This document shows positions 1 to 9,988 of a DNA stretch of 64,000 nucleotides, in pieces (position 1 is the first letter of the stretch; every line of letters begins with the position of its first letter). The notes beneath the pieces are model-generated. The model was given only the letters and a program-made list of their open reading frames with translations, was not told the origin of the DNA and searched no databases. The translations under genes were made by a program, and so were the position numbers. Where the stretch lies: assembly GCA_003566775.1 (NCBI GenBank), contig PXBW01000215.1, positions 3,529 to 67,528 of the forward strand. Direction: 5' to 3'. Source of the DNA: a candidate division WS1 bacterium. Its GTDB lineage: Bacteria > Armatimonadota > Zipacnadia > Zipacnadales > UBA5352.

Positions 1-1551
1 GCCCTTGCACCCGAAGGGCAACAGGCGGCCGGAAGAGCGGAGGATGCGAGCGCGGGCGCGGTGCAGCTTCCCAAGCTCGACCTCTGTGTGATGAATCCTC
101 CGTTTACGCGCAGTGTGGGAGGTAACCTCCTGTTTGGTAGCCTGCCGGATGACCAGCGCGAGCAGATGCAGCAGCGTCTCCAGCGCCTCCGTGACAGGCA
201 CAACCTGCAGGCGAATATCACCGCGGGCCTTGGTTCCATCTTCGTGGCACTCGGTGACAGGTTTCTGAAGCCGGAAGGCCGCATGGCACTCGTTCTCCCG
301 AAGGCGCTGCTGAACGGTGTCTCGTGGGGCCCTACCCGCACACTACTGCAGAGTAATTATCATCTGGAGTATGTAGTGACCTCGCATGAACCCGATCATT
401 GGAACTTCTCGGAAAACACCGACCTGAGCGAGGTGCTGACCGTGGCACAGCGCGTGGCCTCTCGGACGGATACCGAGAATCCGTGTGAAGATCCGCCATC
501 ACGGACTACCTTTATTAACCTCTGGCAGAATCCCCGGAACTCAATCGAAGCCCTGACCATAGCCTCCGCCGTCCGGCAGTTCGACGGCCAGAATTCGTCA
601 GAGGGAAGCGACATCCGCAGCCGACGCATTCAGTCGGAGAGGACCGTGCTGGCGGAACTGCTCAGTGTGCCCGGCGATGTCGTCGCGCGGCAGCCACTGT
701 TCTACGGGGCATCTTACGCACAGACCTGTCTCGTCAGGGCCGTGTATGAGCTATGTGAAGGCCGACTTCGCATTCCAGGGAATCAACACAGTGCATCGAT
801 TCCGGTGTGCAAACTGGAAACGCTGATCGAATCGATCGGTCCGGACGCGCGTGATATCCACGACGGTTTTGAAATGAGTCCGGGCAGGAGCGAATTCCCT
901 GTCTTCTGGGGCCATGAAACGAGTCGCGTCACGACTGTCGCGCAGTCTCCCAACGCTTACTTGACCCCACTTTCTGAGCCCAAACCGGGACGCAATCTGC
1001 GCGACGCGAACTTGCTGTGGAGTCGGGCTGGTACGCTGATGCTCTGTGAGCGGCTACGGCTGAACCTTGTGCGAACTCCAGTGGTACGATTGGACAGAGA
1101 GGCGTTATCGAATGTCTGGTGGCCAATCTCACTCACGTCACACGATGACCGGCAATTGCACGAAAAGGCACTCACGCTCTGGCTCAACTCGACTATGGGT
1201 ATACTACTGCTGCTCGCTAACCGAACGGAGACGGAAGGAGCATGGGCGAAGTTCAAGAAACCGAACCTTGGGCGTATGCCCGTGCTGAACGTGGAGAACT
1301 TGAGCGAGGAGCAGTTGCGAATACTCGCTACTGCGTACGATACTCTCGCACATAAGGCTCTCGCGCCGCTGTCGGAGATGGCAGAGGACGCTGTTCGTAA
1401 AGAGATCGATCGGGCCTTTGAGGAGGTGCTTGACCTCCCATCTATCAGTCCGCTGCGCGAGGCGCTGTCCTGGGAGCCCGTAATGTGCCTGACGACAGAC
1501 CGGCTGATGGACAGGAAGCGACCCGACCCACAGGAACGGATGTACTTCTGA
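1..1551 (+). CDS. N6-adenine DNA methyltransferase with target-recognition region, probably the C-terminal part of a type IIG restriction-modification enzyme (5' truncated)
   Basis: Frame is open from base 1. DLCVMNPPF matches amino-MTase motif IV, followed by LKPEGRMALVLP and NFSENT and a long TRD-like C-terminus. Confidence 0.75.
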   Translation, partial: ALAPEGQQAAGRAEDASAGAVQLPKLDLCVMNPPFTRSVGGNLLFGSLPDDQREQMQQRLQRLRDRHNLQANITAGLGSIFVALGDRFLKPEGRMALVLPKALLNGVSWGPTRTLLQSNYHLEYVVTSHEPDHWNFSENTDLSEVLTVAQRVASRTDTENPCEDPPSRTTFINLWQNPRNSIEALTIASAVRQFDGQNSSEGSDIRSRRIQSERTVLAELLSVPGDVVARQPLFYGASYAQTCLVRAVYELCEGRLRIPGNQHSASIPVCKLETLIESIGPDARDIHDGFEMSPGRSEFPVFWGHETSRVTTVAQSPNAYLTPLSEPKPGRNLRDANLLWSRAGTLMLCERLRLNLVRTPVVRLDREALSNVWWPISLTSHDDRQLHEKALTLWLNSTMGILLLLANRTETEGAWAKFKKPNLGRMPVLNVENLSEEQLRILATAYDTLAHKALAPLSEMAEDAVRKEIDRAFEEVLDLPSISPLREALSWEPVMCLTTDRLMDRKRPDPQERMYF

Positions 1552-1603
1552 TTCCATCCACATTATAGCGACCGCAGACACGCCAGACACAGCGCCCGAA
1601 ATG

Positions 1604-1612
1604 TGATATACT
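1604..1612 (+). promoter_or_regulatory. Putative extended -10 promoter (TGnTATACT) for pcrA
   Basis: TGATATACT lies about 135 nt upstream of the ATG at 1747 in an intergenic region. Confidence 0.45.
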
Positions 1613-1746
1613 TAGACTACCAGCGCGTGCAGGTTCGGACGCATGGGGGCTGTGCGCAGACCAACTCTTTCATCGCGATTATCGCGCCTCCGACGGCTGC
1701 AACGCTAACGGGGGCGTAGTTTTATTCAGCAGGGAGACAGTCACGC

Positions 1747-4050
1747 ATGTCATTGCTCGAGAGACTCAACGAGGAACAGCGCGAGGCAGCCGAATGTGTC
1801 GAAGGGCCGGTGCTGATCTTCGCCGGCGCCGGGTCAGGCAAGACACGTGCGCTCACGTACCGAATCGCCCACATGATCGGCAACTGCGGCATCGATCCGC
1901 GCGAGATACTCGCCGTGACCTTCACCAATAAGGCCGCCAACGAGATGCGGGAGCGGATCGAGAGCCTCGTGGGGGAGAAAGCGAAGGGCATCTGGGTGGG
2001 AACCTTTCACTCCGTCTGCGCCCGCATCCTGCGGGTCGACGGCGAGCGCATAGGTGTGCCGCCGGAATACTCCATCTTCGATGAGGGTGATCAGAGTTCG
2101 ATCGTGAAGGAGATTCGCGCCCGCGTCGATGTCAGCATACCTGAGAGCGACCGCTGCTCCGATCGCACGAACAACGATATCCTCTGGGCGATCAGTGACG
2201 CGAAGAACCAGCTTATGACCGTGGACGATTACCGCCGCACGGCGAAGGGGCGCTGGGAGCGCCTGGTCGCGCGGATATACTCGGGCTATCAGCGCGAGCT
2301 TGAGCGCAACAATGCGCTGGACTTCGACGACCTCATCATGAAGGCGGTCGCGCTGCTCGACGAGCACGATGAGGTGAGGGAGAAGTACCAGCAGCGCTTT
2401 CGCTACGTGCTGGTCGATGAGTACCAGGACATTAACCACGCGCAGTTCCGCCTTGTGGAGTTGATCGCACAGGAGCATGGGAATCTCTGCGTTGTCGGCG
2501 ATGACGATCAGTCGATCTACGGCTGGCGCGGCGCGGACGTAGGGATCATCCTCGAGTTCCAGGAGCACTTTCCCGATGCAGAGGTCGTCAAGCTCGAGCG
2601 CAACTACCGTTCAACCGGCAAGATCATTGAGGCCGCCAACTGCGTCATCGAGCAGAATGAGAATCGAGCGGAGAAAGCGCTCTGGACTGCTAACCCTCCC
2701 GGCGACAACATAGTGGTGTACCAGGCGATCAACGAGGAGGAGGAGGCTGAGTGGGTCGCACAGACGATTGAGACGCAGGTGCGCGCGGGCTATGCGCGCT
2801 ACGGCGACTACGCGATCCTCTACCGAGTGAACGCCGCCTCACGGAACTTCGAGCAGGCGCTCTCGGCGCGTCAGATCCCCTATCAGATCGTCGGCGGTCT
2901 GCGCTTCTTCGAGCGGGCTGAGATCAAAAACGCTCTGGCCTACCTGCGCGCCGTGCACAATACCGCCGACAACCTCGCGCTGCGCAGGATCATCAACACG
3001 CCCACGCGCGGCATAGGTGCGGCGACGATCGAGGAAGTCACACGGGTATCCGAGCGCGACGACGTCTCGCTCTACCAGGCCTGCCGCATCTTCGCCGCCG
3101 ACGAAGATCAGCGAACGCGGGCGCGCCGCGCGGTCGAGGATTTCTTCGACATGATGATGTTGCTGCGCCAGGACGCTGAGCAGGGCTCTCTGCGCGGTCT
3201 TGTGCGCGCGGTGGTCGAGAATACGGGCCTTATCGCGAAGCTGAGGGATTCGGGCAAGGCCGAGGACGCGATGCGCGTGGAGAACCTGCAGGAATTCGTC
3301 ACGGTAGCGGCATCGTTCGAGCGGCGCAACCCGGACGCGGGCCTGCAGGAGTTTCTCGAGCATATCGCGCTGATCTCGGACATCGACGAGGCGGATGAAC
3401 TGACGGGATCAGTCTCGTTGATGACGCTGCATTCGGCGAAGGGCCTCGAGTTTCCGGTGGTGTTCATGGTGTCGATGGAGGAGGGGATCTTCCCGCACCA
3501 GCGCTCTATCGGCACCGGAGACGCGCGTGAGATCGAGGAGGAACGCCGCCTTGCCTATGTCGGCATGACCCGGGCGGAGAAGCTGCTCTACCTCAGCCAC
3601 GCCTTCCACCGCACGATCTACGGTGAGACTCGCCGCCAGCGCCCGTCTCGGTTTCTCAGTGACCTGCCGGAGGAGTTGCTCGATCGTCGTGAGCGCTACG
3701 GAGGCACCACACAGCCGCGGATGCTCGATGATGGTGACCGGGTACTGGAGGAGCCGACCGGCGGGCGGAAGATCGACGTCTCCTCTATTCTGCAGAAAGC
3801 GCGGGACCGTAAGGGTGGCGCCTCGAATCCCTCGCGCGAGCCCGCGGCACAGAGCAAGAGTGACGATAAGCGCGCTTCTGCGAGCGAAGCGTGGAAGGCC
3901 GGTGAGAAGGTGCGCCATCCGAGGTTCGGGGATGGGATCGTCGTCTCCGCGGAGAAGACCGCCGGTGACTGCAAAGTCACCGTCGCTTTCAAGAACGGTG
4001 GAGGCGTGAAGAAGCTGCTCGCGAGCGTTGCGGGGCTGGAGAAGATGTGA
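1747..4050 (+). CDS. pcrA: ATP-dependent DNA helicase PcrA/UvrD
   Basis: AGAGSGKT, VDEYQD, GDDDQSIYGWRGA, LERNYRS, TLHSAKGLEF and EERRLAYVGMTRA motifs; C-terminal Tudor-like GEKVRHPRFGDG. Confidence 0.95.
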   Translation: MSLLERLNEEQREAAECVEGPVLIFAGAGSGKTRALTYRIAHMIGNCGIDPREILAVTFTNKAANEMRERIESLVGEKAKGIWVGTFHSVCARILRVDGERIGVPPEYSIFDEGDQSSIVKEIRARVDVSIPESDRCSDRTNNDILWAISDAKNQLMTVDDYRRTAKGRWERLVARIYSGYQRELERNNALDFDDLIMKAVALLDEHDEVREKYQQRFRYVLVDEYQDINHAQFRLVELIAQEHGNLCVVGDDDQSIYGWRGADVGIILEFQEHFPDAEVVKLERNYRSTGKIIEAANCVIEQNENRAEKALWTANPPGDNIVVYQAINEEEEAEWVAQTIETQVRAGYARYGDYAILYRVNAASRNFEQALSARQIPYQIVGGLRFFERAEIKNALAYLRAVHNTADNLALRRIINTPTRGIGAATIEEVTRVSERDDVSLYQACRIFAADEDQRTRARRAVEDFFDMMMLLRQDAEQGSLRGLVRAVVENTGLIAKLRDSGKAEDAMRVENLQEFVTVAASFERRNPDAGLQEFLEHIALISDIDEADELTGSVSLMTLHSAKGLEFPVVFMVSMEEGIFPHQRSIGTGDAREIEEERRLAYVGMTRAEKLLYLSHAFHRTIYGETRRQRPSRFLSDLPEELLDRRERYGGTTQPRMLDDGDRVLEEPTGGRKIDVSSILQKARDRKGGASNPSREPAAQSKSDDKRASASEAWKAGEKVRHPRFGDGIVVSAEKTAGDCKVTVAFKNGGGVKKLLASVAGLEKM

Positions 4051-4218
4051 GGTCGAACGAACTCCCGCGAGGATTCCGGGGGCTGCGTTCGTACGCGGTC
4101 TATCGTCCGGAGCGGGCTTGAATCCACAGGCAGGTTACTCGCCGCCGCCGTGGAATCCCTCTAATGGGTGCGAACCGTCCTCGTAGCTGTGACCGTCGAT
4201 CATCGGAGGCGAGGCATC

Positions 4219-5538
4219 ATGCTCAGCGCTGAGACGCTCGTGAAGCTCGCGAAGCAAGAGATCACTCAACTGACCGAGGAGGGCTGTGACACCACCGTCC
4301 TCGAGGAGGAGTTGGAGGCGCTTGCGGGTGCGCGCGAGCAGCACCTGCGGGAGCGTCTGACCGATTTCTTCGAGATTGCGAGGCGGCTTCGTCCCGATCC
4401 GCACTTCCCCTACCGCGAGCCCTCGGACCTCGACGGGATTCGCGAGACGCGGCCGGATGCCGAGCGCTGGACCGGTGATGTCGATGAGGGCTGGCTGCAC
4501 GACCGCCTCACCGGAGCGTGGCTCGGACGCTGCATCGGCTGCATGATCGGGAAGCCTGTTGAGGGGAAGGGGCGCGATGAGATCGAGGCGATCCTGCGTA
4601 CGACGAAGAGCTATCCGCTTGATGGATACTTCACCGCGGTCGAGGCTCTGCCGGATGGCCTCGCCTACAAGCCCGGGTCGGAATCGTGCCTCATACCGAA
4701 TATCGACCGCGCAGTACGCGACGATGACACGGATTACACCGTGCTTGGACTCATCCTGATGGAGCAGCACGGGCGGGGTCTGTCGTCAGAGCATGTGGTA
4801 ATGGAGTGGCTGCGACGCCTGCCCTTCATGCGCACCTACACTGCCGAGCGAGCGGCGATGCGCAACTTCGTCAACGAGTTGGCGCCGCCTGAATCGGCAC
4901 GATGGATGAACCCTTACCGCGAGTGGATCGGTGCGCAGATACGTCCGGACGGCATCGCATACTGTGTGCCGGGACAGCCGACGCTGGCCGCGAAACTCTG
5001 CCATCGCGACGCACGTATCTCGCACACGAAGAACGGCATCTACGGCGAGATGCTCTTCGGGGCCCTGATCTCCGCAGCGCTCTGTGCCGGGGATCTCGAA
5101 GCCTGTATCCTGCGCGCGCTGGCGGAGATTCCAAGGGACTCTCGTCTCGCTGAAGCGGTTAACCGCTGCATCAGATGGTGTGCGGATGATACTTCGTGGG
5201 AGCAGACGTGGAAGCGGATAATACAGCACTACGGGCATTACCATCCGGTGCATACGATCAACAACGCGCTGCTGTGTATCATGGGACTGTTGCACGGTGG
5301 TGGAGATATGCGCCGGTCGGTGACGATCGCGGTGATGGGCGGCCTCGACACCGACTGCAACGGGGCGACGGTCGGTTCGGTGATGGGTGCTCTCCTCGGC
5401 GCGGCGGGGGTGCCCGACGATCTCGCCGCACCGTTGAACAACACGCTGGAGACCGGACTCTCGGGGATAGCTCGTCTGCAGATCACCCACCTGATCGACC
5501 GCTCGGTAGCCGCAGGCAAGGATGTACCGGCGGGCTAG
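4219..5538 (+). CDS. ADP-ribosylglycohydrolase family protein with N-terminal extension
   Basis: DDDTDY, RISH and GLDTDCNGATVG motifs; GGAGG upstream of the ATG at 4219. Confidence 0.85.
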   Translation: MLSAETLVKLAKQEITQLTEEGCDTTVLEEELEALAGAREQHLRERLTDFFEIARRLRPDPHFPYREPSDLDGIRETRPDAERWTGDVDEGWLHDRLTGAWLGRCIGCMIGKPVEGKGRDEIEAILRTTKSYPLDGYFTAVEALPDGLAYKPGSESCLIPNIDRAVRDDDTDYTVLGLILMEQHGRGLSSEHVVMEWLRRLPFMRTYTAERAAMRNFVNELAPPESARWMNPYREWIGAQIRPDGIAYCVPGQPTLAAKLCHRDARISHTKNGIYGEMLFGALISAALCAGDLEACILRALAEIPRDSRLAEAVNRCIRWCADDTSWEQTWKRIIQHYGHYHPVHTINNALLCIMGLLHGGGDMRRSVTIAVMGGLDTDCNGATVGSVMGALLGAAGVPDDLAAPLNNTLETGLSGIARLQITHLIDRSVAAGKDVPAG

Positions 5539-5602
5539 ACGATCAAGCTTTGCGTTGCTACGACAGACCGGCGGCACGAGCGGGGTACAGCTTCGGCGCC
5601 GC

Positions 5603-6322
5603 TCAGCCTCCGAGCAGTTGCATCAGTGGCTCCAGCACGTGGGGGAACCACCAATCGTGGTAGAGGAACTGGACACGCCCGATCAACAGAGAGACGCGCG
5701 CCATCACCGTATTACCGAACCCCGCGCCGAATGCTACCATCAGGAAGAATATTCCGACTGTTGAGACGGCACCGAGCGCTCCCCTGTGCTCGCGGGAGAA
5801 GTAGAAGTACGCGAGAGTACACACGACGCCGGTCACCAGGAGAAAGTTGCTCACAGCGGTCCAGGCGTTGATCTCAACTCCGGGCCAGATCGGCAGCAGG
5901 GTAGCGTGAAGCTGCGGCAGGAGAAAGCCCTGTACCGAAGATGGAATCGTCAGACCCGAATACAGGCCCATTACGAAGGCGATCGGCCAGCGCGAGAGCC
6001 AGTCGTAGCGGGGGACGAAGCGGCTGAACATCAGCAGGCCGAGCACACCGGGGACGAGCACCACGTAGTTGGGCGCCTCCAGTCCGGCCTGCTCGGGACG
6101 GAAGAGTGGGTTGATCAGCAGAGGGATCACCGCTTCGTGCCAGGTGATGACCACGCCATAGCCCGCCGAGATCCCCACGAATATGTGCTCCGCCAGCTTG
6201 TACACGGGGTTATCCTGGTACAGGAAGCTGAAGATCGCCAGCGTCAGGAATGCGGCCAGCCAGACGCCTATGATCTCTACGGAGACTCCGAAGATTTCAG
6301 TTGCCGGCAGTACCTCTGGCAT
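5603..6322 (-). CDS. Uncharacterised multi-pass membrane protein, last gene of the GlmL-like operon
   Basis: About 7 hydrophobic segments; SFLYQDNPVYKLAEHIFVG and FGAGFGNTVMARVSLLIGR motifs. Confidence 0.8.
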   Translation of the reverse strand: MPEVLPATEIFGVSVEIIGVWLAAFLTLAIFSFLYQDNPVYKLAEHIFVGISAGYGVVITWHEAVIPLLINPLFRPEQAGLEAPNYVVLVPGVLGLLMFSRFVPRYDWLSRWPIAFVMGLYSGLTIPSSVQGFLLPQLHATLLPIWPGVEINAWTAVSNFLLVTGVVCTLAYFYFSREHRGALGAVSTVGIFFLMVAFGAGFGNTVMARVSLLIGRVQFLYHDWWFPHVLEPLMQLLGG

Positions 6323-6408
6323 GATACCTCTACGTTTGCGGCCCTGTTGCGTTGGTAGTCATCTCTGCGACAGCCGTCCACGGTCGCTTGCCGTCCGCAG
6401 CTTCCGGC

Positions 6409-7116
6409 TCACTTTCTTATCTCCAGCCACCAGCCCACGTCCGGCTCAGTGATGAGGCGGTGCTGTTCGATCCCGGCCTCGCGCGCCAGATCGACCATGC
6501 CCTCGCCGGGTCCGTCCCAGCCCTCGGGCGGCTCCCAATCGGTGAGACGATTCTCCACGAGTCGCTGCCTGATCTCCGGATCGAGCATGGTTCCGAAGCC
6601 GCCGTGTCCGACGTAGGCCACGCCGCCGGGCTTGAGTACGCGATAGACCTCGCGCATGAACTGCACCTGGTCGGGAACGAATGGGATTACCGCGCGGCTG
6701 AAGATGAAGTCGGCGAAGTTATCTCGAAGCGGCATGTCCAGCGCGTCTGCCTCAAGCGGTATCACGCGTCCCGTAAGTCCGGCTTCGTCCACCATCACCC
6801 CGCAGAGGCGAATTGCCCAGGGATCGATGTCGAGGTTATAGACGGTCATATCGGTGTGCACCGCCAATGCCATCGAGAGCGCGCCGGCGTTTCCGCCTAT
6901 CTCGACTGCGACACCCTCATCGAGGTCGTACTCCTGTACCATCTGGCGTGCCAGCGGGTCGTACATGGGCGCGCGCGAGCCGAACATCGTGCGATGGAAC
7001 GGCACCTTCTCCTTGAGCATCTCTATATAGTCATCGGCGGGAGCAGAAGGTGCGAACTGAAAGACGAAAGTTGCGCAGATAGCTGCCAGTGCGATGGATC
7101 GGATTCGATTTCTCAT
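6409..7116 (-). CDS. Class I SAM-dependent methyltransferase with an apparent signal peptide
   Basis: EIGGNAG (motif I variant), LDID, ADALDMP and VYRVLKPGG; N-terminus MRNRIRSIALAAICATFVFQFAPSAPA; AAGGTGA precedes the ATG at 7116. Confidence 0.8.
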   Translation of the reverse strand: MRNRIRSIALAAICATFVFQFAPSAPADDYIEMLKEKVPFHRTMFGSRAPMYDPLARQMVQEYDLDEGVAVEIGGNAGALSMALAVHTDMTVYNLDIDPWAIRLCGVMVDEAGLTGRVIPLEADALDMPLRDNFADFIFSRAVIPFVPDQVQFMREVYRVLKPGGVAYVGHGGFGTMLDPEIRQRLVENRLTDWEPPEGWDGPGEGMVDLAREAGIEQHRLITEPDVGWWLEIRK

Positions 7117-7166
7117 ATCAGTCACCTTGCAAGCGATTCATGGTGGAAATGACGGCTACTGTGTGA

Positions 7167-8003
7167 TCATCTTCGTCGATGTCGCCCGGAGGCGAAGTAA
7201 GCTATGTTGCCCACGATGACCAGCACGATTATGAGCAGATGTGCGATGGCCTGTGCGGACATACCGAGCATGCCGGGAGCCTCAACCGGATCGAGGTCGA
7301 GCAGAAGCTCGTACTCGGCGGCGCCCTTGAGTCCGTTGATCAGGCCGATCAGTTGCCCGGACTGCAGATAGGGGTAGAGGTCGGTTGCCATGACGGCCGT
7401 TATCCCGGCCGCAATCTCCTGATTGTAACGCTCGCCGGCGAACGCGATCCAGGAGAAGGGCAGGTTACCCGCGGCAAAATCAACGAGCAGTGCGATGTCA
7501 TCATAATTCCTGACGCCTTCCATCACCGGAAGGTCGGCGGTTCTACGCCCGTCCGGCGTGTTCGGATACACTCTCGTGATACTCTCCCCCATCCCGAGGA
7601 TCACCTGCGAGCCCCCGGGCATGAATCCGAGGTGCACGAAGTCCACGCCATCTTCGGCATCGAGTTCGTGCGCGAGTTCGGCGAGCACCTCGCGCCCCAG
7701 CGCCGTGCCCTGCGGGTTGAGGGAGACGCTGAGCACTCGTATCTCCCGCTGAAGCAGGTGCCTGACCACCGCGTAGGCCTGCGGATGGAGTTCAGGCATG
7801 CTTGATGGGCTGTAATCGAAGGCCACCATCACGACGTCGCCCGGTTCAAGGTCCTCGACGAACTGGAAGAGCCGCACGGTCGGGGGCGCCGGTCTGCCCT
7901 GAGGCAGGGCGTAGCCGGTGATGATAGGAATCGCCACCGCGAGCGCGATGCCCAAAAATATCCAGCGTCGGTCGAGTTCGAGCAGCCGGTCCCAGAGTGT
8001 CAC
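7167..8003 (-). CDS. Uncharacterised membrane protein (N- and C-terminal TM helices around an alpha/beta domain)
   Basis: TM WIFLGIALAVAIPII, central FDYSPSSMPELHP...GLKGAAEYE, C-terminal TM followed by RHRRR; 4-bp overlap with the upstream gene. Confidence 0.8.
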   Translation of the reverse strand: MTLWDRLLELDRRWIFLGIALAVAIPIITGYALPQGRPAPPTVRLFQFVEDLEPGDVVMVAFDYSPSSMPELHPQAYAVVRHLLQREIRVLSVSLNPQGTALGREVLAELAHELDAEDGVDFVHLGFMPGGSQVILGMGESITRVYPNTPDGRRTADLPVMEGVRNYDDIALLVDFAAGNLPFSWIAFAGERYNQEIAAGITAVMATDLYPYLQSGQLIGLINGLKGAAEYELLLDLDPVEAPGMLGMSAQAIAHLLIIVLVIVGNIAYFASGRHRRR

Positions 8004-8668
8004 GGGCCACCACCTCCGCCGCCGCCAAGATGGGAACGTTCAATACCCAGCAGTATGCGCAGAGCCGTGGCAATGGAGCCGAGGGAGACGCCGAAGATGA
8101 TGCCACGCTTCGCGGCATTGGTCGGGAAATCCATGATCCACTCGGATACGTCCGGCATTACCGCGTGCATCCACAGACCGGGGCGGGTCTCTCCCAGCAC
8201 AACGATCAGCGTCTCCGGCACGCGCCCGAGCATCACCACGATCGCGGCCACCAGCAACAGAGTCGCTTCCGTCGAGCGCGCCCGGAAGGTCCGAAATGCC
8301 GCGGACGCGATGAAGAATGCCAGCAGCGAGAACATCGTCGCATCGAGCGGAACCTGCACGTGGCGGAATATCCAGTCGAAGCCAGTGCCACGCTCATGCC
8401 CCCAGCCTATGCCAACGACCACCATCAGGACAAAGGAGGCGATCGCCACCGCCGAGTACGGCCAGTCCTCGCGCTGCCGGCGTATCTTCTCCACGTGCGT
8501 CCGCAGCAGGCTCTGGATGCCCAGTACGAGGGCGAAGGCGGCGACGATTCGCCCCCAGTTGAGAAGTTCGTTGTACACGGTGACACCGAGTTCGTGGGGC
8601 ACGAACCACTGCACGGCCATGAACAGGCCGGCCAGAAAGGTTATCACCAGCGGTATCTGCAATCGCAT
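8000..8668 (-). CDS. Uncharacterised multi-pass membrane protein
   Basis: About 6 hydrophobic segments; FSLLAFFIASAAFRTFRARS and ALRILLGIER; ATG at 8668 with upstream AGGA. Confidence 0.8.
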   Translation of the reverse strand: MRLQIPLVITFLAGLFMAVQWFVPHELGVTVYNELLNWGRIVAAFALVLGIQSLLRTHVEKIRRQREDWPYSAVAIASFVLMVVVGIGWGHERGTGFDWIFRHVQVPLDATMFSLLAFFIASAAFRTFRARSTEATLLLVAAIVVMLGRVPETLIVVLGETRPGLWMHAVMPDVSEWIMDFPTNAAKRGIIFGVSLGSIATALRILLGIERSHLGGGGGGGP

Positions 8669-8740
8669 AGTTGTGCAATCAGTTCCTGACTGTGTGGTCA
8701 AGCGTTGGCGAACTGTCTGTTAGATTCGCAGAGGCGCTTA

Positions 8741-9988
8741 TCACACTGCGAACCACTCGACGAATCTCTGCGCGGCTTCGGCGAGCACGCCTGTGCTGAC
8801 CGCCGCGTACGTCGCGGCCGCCGCACCCGCTACGATCAGCGCCGCGAGTATTGTCTTTGCTATGTCCTGACCGCGAAGCTGTGCAACCAACAGGGGCTGA
8901 CGCGACAGGTACGCGCTTGCGGCGTAGAGCTCCTCGCCCATCAGCGTGTAATCACAGGCGGTTATGAAGAAGGGGAGCTGAGTGTCGGCATCGGTGCCCG
9001 CGATCTGAATCGCCCCGGTCTCATTCCCCGTCTCTGCGAGGATCAGCGCCTCGGCAAAGAAGTAACCCATGTAGAAGCAGGCGGCAGGCTCCTCGCGCAG
9101 CATTATTCCATCGACCGCAGCGACGTATCCGAACTGACTCTCGGTGACGAAGAAGATATTCTCCGGGCGATAGGCGTCGGGCTTGCCCGCCTCGGTATAT
9201 GCCTGGCTTACGATCTCTCGCTCAGTGGTCATGCCCAGCGGATCGTTGCAGGGCACGAGAATCTCGGTTTCGTAGGCTGCCGAGCGACGGGTCAGATGGC
9301 CGAGAATCAGCATCGATGCGATGGTGGAGATGCTGCCGATGCCGCTCAGTCCGGAGACGTAGACGATTGGCTGTCCCATCTCCGTTGCGCGGCCGATGGC
9401 GTCGTTCACCGCCTCAAGCCCCGCGATCGGCCGGATGTACACGTCCTCTGCTCGTCCGCGCACGGAGTATATCGTGAAGATGATGATCGCACACAGCAGC
9501 AGAGCCAGCAAGAGGATCGGAGTGTACTCGACGTTGAACCAGTGCCCCTGAGGGCGCACCGGGCCGACAGGGTCGCTATGAACCACTACCGCGCGAGTGT
9601 CTGTGACCACGCCGTCTTCGTCCACGAGATAATGGAAGCCCAGTCCCGGAGGGGCGTAAACGGCTGCCAACGTAACAAAGTATGGTGGCCACGGCCACGG
9701 TTTGAGATCGCCGATTTGTGCCTCGGTGCCTTCATCGAGGTACACGTTGCTTGCGACTTCGAATGGCTCTCCGCTCTCGGATATGAGAATCTGATAGCCG
9801 ACCAGTTGCAGATCTGCAGGACGTTCCGCCTCGGCCGGTTCCTCCCACGTCACGATCAGCACAGTTCCGCGCGGCTCATCGGCGTCATCCATCACCTGCA
9901 CGTTGGCGGGTGCGCCGGGATCAGCCGCGAAGGCGAAAACCGGCAGCGCCATGCAGACACAGATTGCGAACGCGCGCAGCAGCTTCAT
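8741..9988 (-). CDS. Signal peptide + fibronectin-III-like domain + TM + DUF6754-like domain protein
   Basis: Signal MKLLRAFAICVCMALPVFAFA; PANVQV...VTWEEP...GYQI Fn3 pattern; IRPIAGLEA...GRATEMG and QLPFFITACDYTLMGEELYAASAYL. The DUF assignment is from recognition only. Confidence 0.7.
   Translation of the reverse strand: MKLLRAFAICVCMALPVFAFAADPGAPANVQVMDDADEPRGTVLIVTWEEPAEAERPADLQLVGYQILISESGEPFEVASNVYLDEGTEAQIGDLKPWPWPPYFVTLAAVYAPPGLGFHYLVDEDGVVTDTRAVVVHSDPVGPVRPQGHWFNVEYTPILLLALLLCAIIIFTIYSVRGRAEDVYIRPIAGLEAVNDAIGRATEMGQPIVYVSGLSGIGSISTIASMLILGHLTRRSAAYETEILVPCNDPLGMTTEREIVSQAYTEAGKPDAYRPENIFFVTESQFGYVAAVDGIMLREEPAACFYMGYFFAEALILAETGNETGAIQIAGTDADTQLPFFITACDYTLMGEELYAASAYLSRQPLLVAQLRGQDIAKTILAALIVAGAAAATYAAVSTGVLAEAAQRFVEWFAV

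Noticed and set aside
1747-5538. R-M + helicase + ADP-ribosylglycohydrolase as one defence system
   Set aside because: The helicase is a canonical housekeeping PcrA with its own candidate promoter, and nothing else links the three genes.
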